DNA of 64,000 nucleotides, from contig OZ220744.1 of the NCBI GenBank assembly GCA_965116925.1, positions 992,001 to 1,056,000 of the forward strand, in the 5' to 3' direction. Source of the stretch: Candidatus Poribacteria bacterium. Lineage in GTDB: Bacteria; Poribacteria; WGA-4E; PCPOR2b. Below the pieces are notes generated by a model. That model saw nothing but the letters and a program-made list of their open reading frames with translations. It made no database searches and was not told the DNA's origin. Both the position numbers and the translations under genes were made by a program. This document shows, in pieces, positions 8,780-18,336 of the stretch (positions are counted from its first letter, which is position 1; every line of letters begins with the position of its first letter).

Positions 8780-9994
8780 TTGCGAAAACGGTTTCATCGC
8801 TCTTCATTTAAGCCAATTTACTATATATTCATGATAACGCTACTACTGGTTGAGGCTTCACTTGCGTCTGCTCAACTCCGACGCGAATACGGTCAGCAAC
8901 TGTTACAACAGAAGACGGAAGCACCCGTAGCCTTTGAATCTGATCTCACTATCGACTATGAGGTAAGCAATGTCTTTAACAATCACGTCGAATTTGGACT
9001 GAGCATCGATCCAAATACAAGTAGCCTTGCTAGACGTGAAGACCCACAACTCATAGGTGTAATCAACCGTGTTGGTGTCAATCTTCAGGGGACCTTACCG
9101 ATTGGGAAACGTTTTGGGCTCACGTTGCAATACTATCCACAATTGGAAAATTATATCGGTGAGAATGGAAAACTCAATGAGTTTGATGCGTTCACAGATC
9201 TCTTTTTGACCGAGCTCAGTTATCGTCCAACAGCGCAGCTGCCTATCTTGAGTGTATCACATCAGTTACAGCGATTGGATCGGAGAGACGATGCCTTTGA
9301 CAACCTGCAACGCCAAATCAGTTTCCGCTTCGGTAAGCTATTGGAATATAATCTTTACATCAACCGCTTTGACGACGAAATGACACGGCGTGCAGATTTC
9401 CTACTCGTTGGTTCGACAATGCATCAAGGGCGAGCAAGGATACAGTTGGGGATTCTCAAATCACTATTGGCGAAATTGGAGTATTCACTGGAGCAGGAAA
9501 GTTATGAAGGCAACCTAAATGACCTATTGTTGGGCATCGCTGGGATTGAAAAGGGAGATTCGCGAACAGATCTGCGAAACCTTGTGTCGGCGAAATTGAT
9601 TCAGATTCCAGCGGCGCGACTCCTCTTTCAGCAGGAGTTGAACCTACTTCTGAGTAACTCAAATGTCGGTTTCTACGATTTCTCTACAATTGAAGCAGCG
9701 GTTGGGGCGTTCTACAAAATCAACGACGGAAGTTGGGCGCGTCTACGATTATCGCGATTGGGTATTACCTTCGATGGCCGCCGGGTGCGGGGTGCGGATG
9801 GTTTTGTCGATGAGAACGCAGAGAAACGACGGGATAATCAATTCGGCGTAACCTTCCAGATTAATTGGCAGCTCCGCAATTCCCTGACGCTTCTTGCAGA
9901 TTACCAACTCACACTCAATGACACCAATGAAAACTTTGACTTCTTGAATTACACCCACAATGTTGCGTCTCTGACGCTTCAAGCAACCTATTAA
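8780..9994 (+). CDS. Putative outer-membrane beta-barrel protein
   Basis: Signal peptide ending ASLASA, alternating amphipathic strands, C-terminal SLTLQATY aromatic end. Confidence 0.72.
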   Translation: MRKRFHRSSFKPIYYIFMITLLLVEASLASAQLRREYGQQLLQQKTEAPVAFESDLTIDYEVSNVFNNHVEFGLSIDPNTSSLARREDPQLIGVINRVGVNLQGTLPIGKRFGLTLQYYPQLENYIGENGKLNEFDAFTDLFLTELSYRPTAQLPILSVSHQLQRLDRRDDAFDNLQRQISFRFGKLLEYNLYINRFDDEMTRRADFLLVGSTMHQGRARIQLGILKSLLAKLEYSLEQESYEGNLNDLLLGIAGIEKGDSRTDLRNLVSAKLIQIPAARLLFQQELNLLLSNSNVGFYDFSTIEAAVGAFYKINDGSWARLRLSRLGITFDGRRVRGADGFVDENAEKRRDNQFGVTFQINWQLRNSLTLLADYQLTLNDTNENFDFLNYTHNVASLTLQATY

Positions 9995-10068
9995 TAATGC
10001 AAGTTGCTAGTGGCTGAAAGTCCATCGGTTTTCTTGCAGGGGGATTCTCACCCGTCTAGTCAATCCTT

Positions 10069-10150
10069 TGCCTTTCGCTCCAGAGGAGCGATATGTCTAT
10101 AGAAAGTAATACTCCAATCCCCGCGCTCCAGAGGAGCACAATGTGTATAG
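10069..10150 (+). repeat. REP-like doublet, copy 2
   Basis: tgcctttcgctccagaggagcgatatgtctatagaaa plus gcgctccagaggagcacaatgtgtatag; matches 1832-1916. Confidence 0.75.
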
Positions 10151-10382
10151 CAAGAACTGTTGCACAAGAGCTTAGGCTGCTCTGGACAAAAGGTTAGCGT
10201 AAGTAGATTTAACCACTCCTTGTAGAATATCATAAAGTTGAAAAGTTCATCCGTGTTCAAGCAGCGGATGAAAAACCCTTGAAAGTTAATGAAACTGTAT
10301 TCGTGCAGGTTCGTTAAATCAGGTGTAAGCAGTTTCAACGACTCCTTGTTTAGTACTATAAAGTTGATGAAAATCACCCAGT

Positions 10383-10423
10383 GCCAAGCCGCATTGAATT
10401 ATTGATGTGGCTTGGCTTTTTTT
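10383..10423 (+). terminator. Rho-independent terminator
   Basis: gccaagccgcat...atgtggcttggc stem followed by T7. Confidence 0.75.
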
Positions 10424-10492
10424 GTTTCTGCCCCATGGTTAATCGGAAAAATTCGGTATCCGTGTAAAAAATTGGCTATCACAATGCCCCCG

Positions 10493-11599
10493 TCAATTTG
10501 CCTCTGACACGGTATTTAACCGATACTGATTAATAAAATTCTCGTTTAGCGTTAGCCCTAGCCCCGGTCGCTCGGTCATCGCAATGTATCCGTCAACCAC
10601 TTGGAAAGGCGGATCATACAGCTTCGACCAGATCTCATTGGGTTCGCAGGCAGGGTAGGCGGAAACGATTAAGCCGTTAGGCACCGCTGCAGCCAGATGA
10701 CAGTTGATGTCCGGAAACTGTGCGCCGTGCGGGGCAACGGGCAGGTGATATGCGTGGCACAACGCCGCGATGCGCATCAACCCGGTGAACCCGCCTCCTA
10801 TTAAGATGTCCGTTTGTATCAGTTCGAGAGCACCCTCTGTGATAAATTGCCTGATGCCGTAAAGGGTGCCTACACTCTCGCCGCCAGCAACAATGGCACT
10901 GGTCGCCTCTTGCACCATCCGCAAGTAAACCGCCTCATCATCGCCGCGCACCGGCTCCTCTATCCAGTAGAGATTGTAAGGCTCAAGTTGCCGAGCGATT
11001 TCTACTGCCGTTTTTCCATCCCATGCACGGTGCAGATCAACCATCAATTTCTTCTCCATGCCGATTAGGTCCCGCGCACACCGCACCCGTTCTACAATCT
11101 CCTCCGGACTTTTGGCTTCATACATATGTATCTTCATCGCATTATATCCGAGATCGGCGTGTTTCTTGACCAAAGCGGCTATCGCTCTGGGCGATTGGTC
11201 TGCCTCTGCAACGTACCCGGAGCCATCGGCATAGGCGAGGACTTTGTTTCGATATCCGCCCAAGAGTCGCCATACCGGCTGACCACAAGCCTTTCCGTGA
11301 ATATCCCACAGGGCAACATCGAGTGCCCCGATGGACGGCATTGCGGCGTGACCGGGACCGCCGAAACGCCACACTGTTTCGTACATCCGTTCCCAGAGCA
11401 GTGCCGTCTGTCGCGGATCTTGCCCGATGAGCACAGGTGCTAGTTCTTGGGAGATGACGTCGATGCTCCCACCACGTCCGATACCGGTTACGCCTGCGTC
11501 CGTATGGACAAGGACAAGTGTCCAGTCCCCGGTTGTAGTTCCTTCTCGCCCTCCGATTGGCACTCTCACAACAAAGGGATCTACACTAGTAATACGCAT
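10493..11599 (-). CDS. Mandelate racemase/muconate lactonizing enzyme family protein
   Basis: ALDVALWDIHGK, MKIH, LMVD, WIEEP, GGES, APH; start taken at MRITSV. Confidence 0.9.
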   Translation of the reverse strand: MRITSVDPFVVRVPIGGREGTTTGDWTLVLVHTDAGVTGIGRGGSIDVISQELAPVLIGQDPRQTALLWERMYETVWRFGGPGHAAMPSIGALDVALWDIHGKACGQPVWRLLGGYRNKVLAYADGSGYVAEADQSPRAIAALVKKHADLGYNAMKIHMYEAKSPEEIVERVRCARDLIGMEKKLMVDLHRAWDGKTAVEIARQLEPYNLYWIEEPVRGDDEAVYLRMVQEATSAIVAGGESVGTLYGIRQFITEGALELIQTDILIGGGFTGLMRIAALCHAYHLPVAPHGAQFPDINCHLAAAVPNGLIVSAYPACEPNEIWSKLYDPPFQVVDGYIAMTERPGLGLTLNENFINQYRLNTVSEAN

Positions 11600-11717
11600 A
11601 GTAAGTATAGGTATGACTCTCGCGAGTCTTTTCCCCCTTCCGAATCGTGCGATCAACTTTCACCGCACGCAGTTTTCTGAATCAAAGACAATGAAATGGT
11701 TTGATAATGCTAGTTGT

Positions 11718-11746
11718 TTGACAGTATATTGCAAATATGCTATAAT
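11718..11746 (+). promoter_or_regulatory. Consensus sigma70 promoter
   Basis: TTGACA-17 bp-TATAAT with TG extended -10. Confidence 0.85.
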
Positions 11747-11779
11747 CTCATTATGATGTAGTCTATGGAGGGAACAATC

Positions 11780-12121
11780 ATGAAAGATAACCTTGTTGCT
11801 TGGATTGCTATTGCGCTGCAAGTTGTAACTCTGGTCGGCGGTATTCTTTTTTACGTAATTTCGCTTGGTGCTGATCTTCGCACCATTAAAACCGAAATAT
11901 CTGGTCTTAACACTGAAATATCTGGTCTTAAAGCGGATATAAGAGATGTCCGTAACGAGATTAAAGATGTCCGTAACGAGATTAAAGATGTTCGTAACGA
12001 GATTAAAGATGTTCGTAACGAGATTAAAGATGTTCGTGATGAACTTAAAGAGGATATCAAGACCCTTAACCAGAATTACATAGATCATCTTGCTCATCAT
12101 ATCGGAAGTCCCAAACCATAG
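11780..12121 (+). CDS. Small membrane-anchored coiled-coil protein with heptad repeats
   Basis: ATG after GGAGG; N-terminal TM helix; (TEISGLN/K)x2 then (NEIKDVR)x4. Confidence 0.8.
   Translation: MKDNLVAWIAIALQVVTLVGGILFYVISLGADLRTIKTEISGLNTEISGLKADIRDVRNEIKDVRNEIKDVRNEIKDVRNEIKDVRDELKEDIKTLNQNYIDHLAHHIGSPKP
11891..12058 (+). repeat. 21-bp in-frame tandem repeat (VNTR)
   Basis: aacgagattaaagatgtYcgt x4 plus related units. Confidence 0.9.
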
Positions 12122-12892
12122 AATAGCGATTGTTTAGACTCTCAATGTCGTTTGCCATTTCTTTGATATAGAATATGTAGTATCTGTTACGCCTGCATTA
12201 TATTATATCTTGCGAGCGATCGTCAATCCTTTTGGTCCTACCTTTACCTTATCTCCTCTCCCATACTTTCTCAATGAAATGACTTAGGGGTTATTCTGCT
12301 CTCACGAGATGTACTTCCCGCACAGCTTAGGCTCTATCTATATCCCGAGAGACACCTGTACCACTCACTTTTGGCTCATGTCAAAAGAAAGCGTGAAACG
12401 TAAAGACGGTGAAATCCCGCAAGTCTCGTGAAGCGAGTCCCGTTCCAGTTCTGTTCCACCTGTCCCGATGTATCGGAGAGGATCCCGATCTATCGAGAGA
12501 TTCCGCTCTGTGGAACGAGGGCCCCTCAATAAATCGGGATCTGCGTTCCCTACAATCTGAAGCGCGTAAGTCCTGATGAAATTCCTGTTATTAGCCATAA
12601 CTTAGGAGGCACAACGGATGATAACTTATGTGAGGAGTTATGGTGAACACAACTTAAGACACCGATCCTGCATTCAGGTTCAACCGAATCTGGATGCAAC
12701 CATAATTTTCCTTCGATCTCCATTTTTTGATGTTGAGACAAGGGGACTTTATGATAAAATATGGCGCAGAGTTGAACAATATGTAATCGAAAAAATTAAA
12801 GTGATAATTGATTTCTTGTCAGCGTTGCATCGTGCAACGCTTTGAAATGGTCATGTTCAACGCCTGATCTTTTAGAATAGAGGTAATAACGG

Positions 12893-13846
12893 ATGAAAAT
12901 TGTACTGTCTGCCAAAGCGACTGAGCAGTTTATGAGCGAACTTCGCACCACTTTTCCGGACATAACCTTTCACCGAGCAGCGACCCCGGAGGAAGAGATG
13001 GAACTCATTCGGGATGCGGATGTATTTTGTGGCGATCCGTCGCGCGAGGTTTTCCTCGCCGCCCAAAAACTCCAGTGGATTCAGTGCCCCGGGACGGGTG
13101 TCGATAAGATTGTGTCGATACCTGAAATAAGAGATAGCGATGTTATTTTGACGAACGCGCGGGGACCTCACGCTAACCCGATGGCTGATCATGCGTTTGG
13201 TATGATATTAACCTTTGCCCACTGCTTACGTGAACAGTGGGAAGACCAGAAAGCACACCATTGGGATACCGCGAAATATGATGAGCGGGTTTTAGAGATC
13301 AGTGGAAGCACCCTAGGTATCCTTGCACTTGGTGGTATTGGAATGGCAGTTGCACGGCGGGGGCACGGCTTCGGCATGGAAGTCTACGCCGTTGATGGTC
13401 AGTCAATGCCAACGCCTCCGGAAGTAAAAGCAGTTTGGGGACTTGACAGACTGGATGAACTGCTTCAGATATCCGACTGGTTTGTCATCACCACACCGTT
13501 CACGCCAGAAACAGAGGGGTTGATTGATCGCCGGCGACTAGGGTTACTCAAACCGGGCGCGTATGTCATTGCGATTTCACGAGGAGGTATCTTGGACGAG
13601 GAAGCATTGATAGACGGGTTGTGCTCCGGACGAATCGCTGGTGCGGGACTGGATGTTATGGATGTAGAGCCTTTGCCTGCCGATAGTCCATTATGGGACA
13701 TGGAAAATGTCATCCTATCGCCTCACGCTTCAGCGTTGACCGCTGAAATGTGGGAAGGACGGAGGCAAATTTTCAAGGAGAACCTCCGACGTTTTCTCGC
13801 GGGCGAACCGTTCATCTACGTGTGCGACAAACAAGCAGGATTTTAG
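12893..13846 (+). CDS. D-2-hydroxyacid dehydrogenase
   Basis: LGILALGGIG, ISRGG, GAGLDV, EPLP, SPH motifs. Confidence 0.92.
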   Translation: MKIVLSAKATEQFMSELRTTFPDITFHRAATPEEEMELIRDADVFCGDPSREVFLAAQKLQWIQCPGTGVDKIVSIPEIRDSDVILTNARGPHANPMADHAFGMILTFAHCLREQWEDQKAHHWDTAKYDERVLEISGSTLGILALGGIGMAVARRGHGFGMEVYAVDGQSMPTPPEVKAVWGLDRLDELLQISDWFVITTPFTPETEGLIDRRRLGLLKPGAYVIAISRGGILDEEALIDGLCSGRIAGAGLDVMDVEPLPADSPLWDMENVILSPHASALTAEMWEGRRQIFKENLRRFLAGEPFIYVCDKQAGF

Positions 13847-13870
13847 TAGGGAACGCAGATCTGCGTTCCC
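13846..13870 (+). repeat. GTAG-type REP palindrome
   Basis: gtagggaacgcagatctgcgttccc; same core at 29410-29436 and half copy at 12538-12553. Confidence 0.75.
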
Positions 13871-13899
13871 CAAAGACCCACCGATATCAGGAGGGAGAT

Positions 13900-14829
13900 A
13901 TGGAAACGACAGATTTTGGCAAAACAGGTCTCAAAATCACGCGCCTCGGTCTGGGGCTTGCGGAGATTTCCCGGCAAGAGAGATCTAAGATTGTGGCGGA
14001 AGCAGACCGAGTGCTCAACGCCGCGCTCGATGGTGGCATCAATTTCCTCGACACCGCTGCCTGCTACGGCAGAACCGAGGAGATAATCGGTGCGACTGTT
14101 GCCCACCGGCGAGATGAATATATCTTGGCGACGAAGTGTGGCCATACTACCGATGACGGCGACAGGGGCATACCGTGGACGGAACACAAATCGTGGACTG
14201 GACCAGCGGTCTCCGAGAGTATTGACCGCAGTTTGCGTCGGCTACAAACAGATCACTTGGACATCGTCCAACTCCACTCCTGTGATGTGGGCGTCTTGGA
14301 AGACGGTGAGGTTATCGAAGCACTGGTTCAAGCGAGGGATGCCGGCAAAACCCGTTTTATCGGCTACAGCGGAGACAATGCGGCTGCCCGTTGGGCGGTA
14401 GACAGTGGACTGTTCGACACACTCCAAACTAGCTTTAATCTTGTGGAGCAACATGCCCGCACCAAGGGATTGTTTGAAGCAGCGGAGACACAGGGGATGG
14501 GGGTTATTATCAAGCGTCCCGTTGCCAATGGGGCGTGGGGCAAAGCGCGGAGCCCTTACTCGTATGCGGATGAATACTTTCGACGGGCACAGATTATGGA
14601 GGGAATGGGACCGCTGCCACAAGCACCTGAAAATCCTATCCTGCTGGCGTTAGGATTTGTCCTAGCCCAGCCTCAAGTCGATACAATCATCGTAGGAACC
14701 CACAATCCTTCGCATCTGTCATCAAACATCGAAATGGTGACGCGACAGCTACCGATTTCGGCGGAAACCGTTCGGGTGTTACACAGACGCTTTGAAGAGG
14801 TAGACGACGGATGGTTGCAACTGACATAG
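13900..14829 (+). CDS. Aldo/keto reductase
   Basis: FGKTGLKITRLGLG, FLDTAACYG, ATKCG, SLRRLQTDHLDIVQLH; ATG after GGAGGGAG. Confidence 0.92.
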   Translation: METTDFGKTGLKITRLGLGLAEISRQERSKIVAEADRVLNAALDGGINFLDTAACYGRTEEIIGATVAHRRDEYILATKCGHTTDDGDRGIPWTEHKSWTGPAVSESIDRSLRRLQTDHLDIVQLHSCDVGVLEDGEVIEALVQARDAGKTRFIGYSGDNAAARWAVDSGLFDTLQTSFNLVEQHARTKGLFEAAETQGMGVIIKRPVANGAWGKARSPYSYADEYFRRAQIMEGMGPLPQAPENPILLALGFVLAQPQVDTIIVGTHNPSHLSSNIEMVTRQLPISAETVRVLHRRFEEVDDGWLQLT

Positions 14830-14874
14830 CAAAACCAACGGATTAGAAAGATTCTATACAAGGAGAATTATCGA

Positions 14875-16041
14875 ATGAAAATCACAAGCGTTGAAGCGAT
14901 CCCTAGTGCTTCACCTGTATCTAATATGCGAGGTGCGCGAAGTAATTACGTCTATGTCAAAATTTCAACGGACGCGGGAATCGTTGGTTGGGGTGAGTCG
15001 ACATGTGGCCCCCTGTCTGTTGCAAACGTTGTCGAAGAGATTGGGGCGACGTTGATCGGTAAAGATCCATTTCGGATTGAAGAGCACTGGCAACGGCTCT
15101 ATCACCTCTATCACAATGTGCGGGGTGGTGTGATTCAGATGGCGGCGATCAGTGGGATAGAAATCGCCCTCTGGGACATCAAAGGCAAAGCGTTTGACGC
15201 ACCGGTCTGGCAGCTGCTAGGCGGACAGATGCGCGATCGAATCTGGACATACGGTCGCTTCGATGGACAGACTCCTGAGCTTGCCGTTGAGCATGCCCTG
15301 CGTCAGGTAGATACAGGTCTGACCGCATTAAAGGGCGATCCCTTCGGTCACCAAGGGTTGTTCATCAGTGCGGAAGCAGAGCGCGATGCGATCGCTAAGG
15401 TGAAAGCGGTGCGGGAGGCGGTTGGAGATGATGTCGAGTTATTGGTCGAGGTGCATGGGAGGTTATCGCCATCGTCGGCTATCCGAATCGGCCATGCGTT
15501 GGAAGAGTTTCGGCCATACGTCTATGAGGAGCCGGTGCCGCCCCAAAATGTTGACGCTATGGTGAAGGTCGCGGAAGCTGTGAATATCCCACTCGCAACG
15601 GGGGAAAGACTCTACACAAAATGGGGGTTTGTCGAACTGCTTGAGAAGCAGGTTGTGGCACTGATTCAACCGGATGTTTGTCATGCAGGTGGAATTTCGG
15701 AGTTGAAGAAAATCGCTGCGATGGCGGAGGCATACTATGTCGGTTTTCAACCCCACAATCCCTACGGTCCAGTCAACACAATGGCGGCGATACAGGTCGA
15801 TGTCTGCACGACGAACTTCATGATTCAAGAGGGCGGTCATGCACCATGGTTTGATCAGGTTGTCGTCGGTGAATTTCCTCGCCAGAAGGATGGATACTTT
15901 GATGTACCAACTACCCCCGGTATCGGCATTGAAATGAACGAAGAGGTGTTGCGAGAAAATCCGCCTGTAGTACGACGTGCAGGAGAGGGCTACAGCCGTC
16001 AAGCACCGTGGCGATCCAAGCAGGATACCGAATGGGTTTGA
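14875..16041 (+). CDS. Galactonate dehydratase-like enolase-superfamily enzyme
   Basis: AISGIEIALWDIKGK, VEVHGR, YEEP, TGERL, QPDVCHAGG, PHNP. Confidence 0.9.
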   Translation: MKITSVEAIPSASPVSNMRGARSNYVYVKISTDAGIVGWGESTCGPLSVANVVEEIGATLIGKDPFRIEEHWQRLYHLYHNVRGGVIQMAAISGIEIALWDIKGKAFDAPVWQLLGGQMRDRIWTYGRFDGQTPELAVEHALRQVDTGLTALKGDPFGHQGLFISAEAERDAIAKVKAVREAVGDDVELLVEVHGRLSPSSAIRIGHALEEFRPYVYEEPVPPQNVDAMVKVAEAVNIPLATGERLYTKWGFVELLEKQVVALIQPDVCHAGGISELKKIAAMAEAYYVGFQPHNPYGPVNTMAAIQVDVCTTNFMIQEGGHAPWFDQVVVGEFPRQKDGYFDVPTTPGIGIEMNEEVLRENPPVVRRAGEGYSRQAPWRSKQDTEWV

Positions 16042-16086
16042 AGCCACACAATATCCACATTCTTGTCGAGGGAAGGAGGTGCACAA

Positions 16087-16962
16087 ATGTCAATTTCAAT
16101 CCGAAAGGTGTCGCCTGCGGTGGGAGCAGTGGTAAAAGGTGTTGATCTCTCTATTCCCGTACCCCCGGATACCTTTGAAGTGCTTGAAGACGCGCTTGCT
16201 GAATATGGGGTGCTTGTCTTTCGCAATCAGCATCTGACGCCGGCGCAGCACGTTACATTCAGTCGACTGTTCGGTTCCCTTGAGACGCATGTCATCTCTG
16301 AGGCGTTGCTAGAAGGTTACCCGGAAATCTATGTAGTTTCCAATGTAGTTGAAGATGGGAAACCAAAGGGCAGAGCGTACGCCGGCACCTATTGGCATTC
16401 AGATCTCAGCTATAAGGCAGTACCGGCGATGGCATCAATGATGTACGCGCTGCAAATTCCTGAGATAGGCGGGGATACAATGTTCGCCAACATGTATCTA
16501 GCGTATGAGACGCTTTCAGCGGGATTGCAACGGATGCTAGAGCAGCTTTGGGCGGTTCACGATTTCGGTCATGCTGATAAGCGCTATTTCTCAAAGAGAG
16601 GGGCTGCGGCGCGACTCAATGAATCGGCGAAAAAAAAGACACCCCCTGTCGAGCATCCAGTAGTCCGCACCCATCCTATAACCGGTCGCAAGGCGTTATT
16701 CATCAATCCCGGCTTTACATCGCGTTTTGTCGATATGACGGAGGAGGAGAGCGAACCGCTGCTAGAATATCTCTTCCAGCACATCACTCAGCCTGCCTTC
16801 ATCTATCGTCACCAGTGGCAGGCGAACGATCTGGTCTTCTGGGACAACCGCTGCACAATTCATCATGCGATTCGGGACTATGGGGAAGACATACCGCGGC
16901 ACATGCACAGAACAACCATCTGTGGCGATAAACCGTTTCTGTCTGATTCTAACGTTGTTTGA
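16087..16962 (+). CDS. TauD/TfdA family Fe(II)/2-oxoglutarate dioxygenase
   Basis: WHSD, GGDT, HPVVRTHP, WDNRCTIH, R motifs. Confidence 0.93.
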   Translation: MSISIRKVSPAVGAVVKGVDLSIPVPPDTFEVLEDALAEYGVLVFRNQHLTPAQHVTFSRLFGSLETHVISEALLEGYPEIYVVSNVVEDGKPKGRAYAGTYWHSDLSYKAVPAMASMMYALQIPEIGGDTMFANMYLAYETLSAGLQRMLEQLWAVHDFGHADKRYFSKRGAAARLNESAKKKTPPVEHPVVRTHPITGRKALFINPGFTSRFVDMTEEESEPLLEYLFQHITQPAFIYRHQWQANDLVFWDNRCTIHHAIRDYGEDIPRHMHRTTICGDKPFLSDSNVV

Positions 16963-17015
16963 TGATAAGATTTTGTATGGAGGGAAATCCACGCTGTATC
17001 GGATGAGGAGGGATC

Positions 17016-18104
17016 ATGAAAGCTGCTGTTTTGTACGAATTAAACCAACCGGTTGTTGTCGAAGATATTGAAATGGAAGGTCCGAAGAAAGGTGAAGTCC
17101 TTGTCAAGGTCGCTGCAACAGGTGTCTGCCATAGCTGTTACCATGCAGTCACCGGCAAAATCCGCTATCCACTTCCAGCAGTATTAGGAGATGAGGGAGC
17201 GGGGGTTGTCGAGGAGGTCGGAGAAGGGGTCACTTTGGTGAAGCCGGGTGACCACGTAATTCTGTCGTGGGTGCCCTCTTGTGGATATTGCATCTACTGT
17301 ACACAAGGTTATTCCAATCTCTGCCTGAAAGCGAGGCAGAGTGAACGTGGCCGTCTCTTTGACGGCACAACACGGTACAAAAAGGCTGGGGAACCTATCC
17401 ACCATTTTGCGTGGGTCGCTTCGTTTGCCGAATATACCGTAATTCCCCAGGAGTCTGCTATACCGATTGACAAAGAGATTCCTTTAGACAAAGCTGCTCT
17501 CATCGGATGTAGTGTCACGACAGGGGTTTGCGCCGCAACCAATACCGCTGAGGTGCGTCCGGGGAGCAGCGTCGTGGTATTCGGCGCAGGCGGCATCGGC
17601 TTGAATGCTATTCAAGGGGCGGCAATAGCAGGTGCGGAAAAGGTTATTGCGGTAGACCTATTGGATGCAAAGCTGGAAATGGCGAGGCAGCTTGGTGCGA
17701 CCCACACCATCAACGCTAGCAACCGCGATCCGATTCCAGAGATCCAATCTCTGACGGATGGATTGGGAACAGATTTTGCCATTGAAGCGATTGGGGTAAA
17801 CGTGACATTCGAGCAGGCGATACGTGCCCTACGGCCTCGTGGGAAAGCGGTCTGGATCGGTGTTCCACCTCAAGAACCGCTGTCTTTGGAGCCTGGTATA
17901 CTTGGGGGTGAAAAAATGGTGATGACGAGTACCTACGGCTCTGCACGTCCCCGCGATGACATGCCCCGTCTGCTGGCACTTTGCCGCGCTGGTGTCCTCA
18001 AGTTGGATGAACTGATTAGCCGCACCTACCAATTGGAAGAGATCAACGAGGCGTTCGAGGATCTACTCAATGGGGAGGTCGCTCGCGGGGTGATTCAGTT
18101 TTGA
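17016..18104 (+). CDS. Zn-dependent alcohol dehydrogenase (class III-like MDR)
   Basis: CGYCIYC...C structural Zn site, GCSVTTG, GAGGIG; catalytic motif atypical (GDE). Confidence 0.9.
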   Translation: MKAAVLYELNQPVVVEDIEMEGPKKGEVLVKVAATGVCHSCYHAVTGKIRYPLPAVLGDEGAGVVEEVGEGVTLVKPGDHVILSWVPSCGYCIYCTQGYSNLCLKARQSERGRLFDGTTRYKKAGEPIHHFAWVASFAEYTVIPQESAIPIDKEIPLDKAALIGCSVTTGVCAATNTAEVRPGSSVVVFGAGGIGLNAIQGAAIAGAEKVIAVDLLDAKLEMARQLGATHTINASNRDPIPEIQSLTDGLGTDFAIEAIGVNVTFEQAIRALRPRGKAVWIGVPPQEPLSLEPGILGGEKMVMTSTYGSARPRDDMPRLLALCRAGVLKLDELISRTYQLEEINEAFEDLLNGEVARGVIQF

Positions 18105-18119
18105 TGTCGCAGATAAGTT

Positions 18120-18147
18120 GTAGGGAACAATGATTATTGTTCCCTAC
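18120..18147. repeat. GTAG-type REP palindrome
   Basis: gtagggaacaat-gatt-attgttccctac, 12-bp perfect stem. Confidence 0.7.
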
Positions 18148-18215
18148 GATAATCCTCACCGGGGCATAGAAGGAAGCCTAATTCTTAGGGAACGGAGTTC
18201 TCCGTTCTATTTATT

Positions 18216-18319
18216 CTGTAGATCTTAGAATTAATGAGACACTCCAAATCGGCGCAGTTGGAAACAGCGCCTACCAAACATGGGTGGCGAAAGTGTCTAT
18301 TTATGTTTAGAAGTCACCA
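18216..18319 (+). mobile_element. MITE family A, degenerate copy 2
   Basis: ttagaattaatgagacactccaaatcggcgcagttggaaacagcgcctacc...gcgaaagtgtct is the reverse complement of 7013-7114. Confidence 0.78.
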
Positions 18320-18336
18320 TAATTCCTATTTCTTTA

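Noticed and set aside
10060..10377. 105-aa minus-strand ORF
   Set aside because: Runs through a REP doublet and has no recognisable domain; better explained as non-coding, though not excluded.
11891..12058. Possible CRISPR array
   Set aside because: Contiguous in-frame repeats with no spacers, and no cas genes in the window.
11660..12100. 146-aa minus-strand ORF
   Set aside because: Antisense shadow of the 21-bp repeat gene; the plus strand has the promoter, RBS and TM helix.
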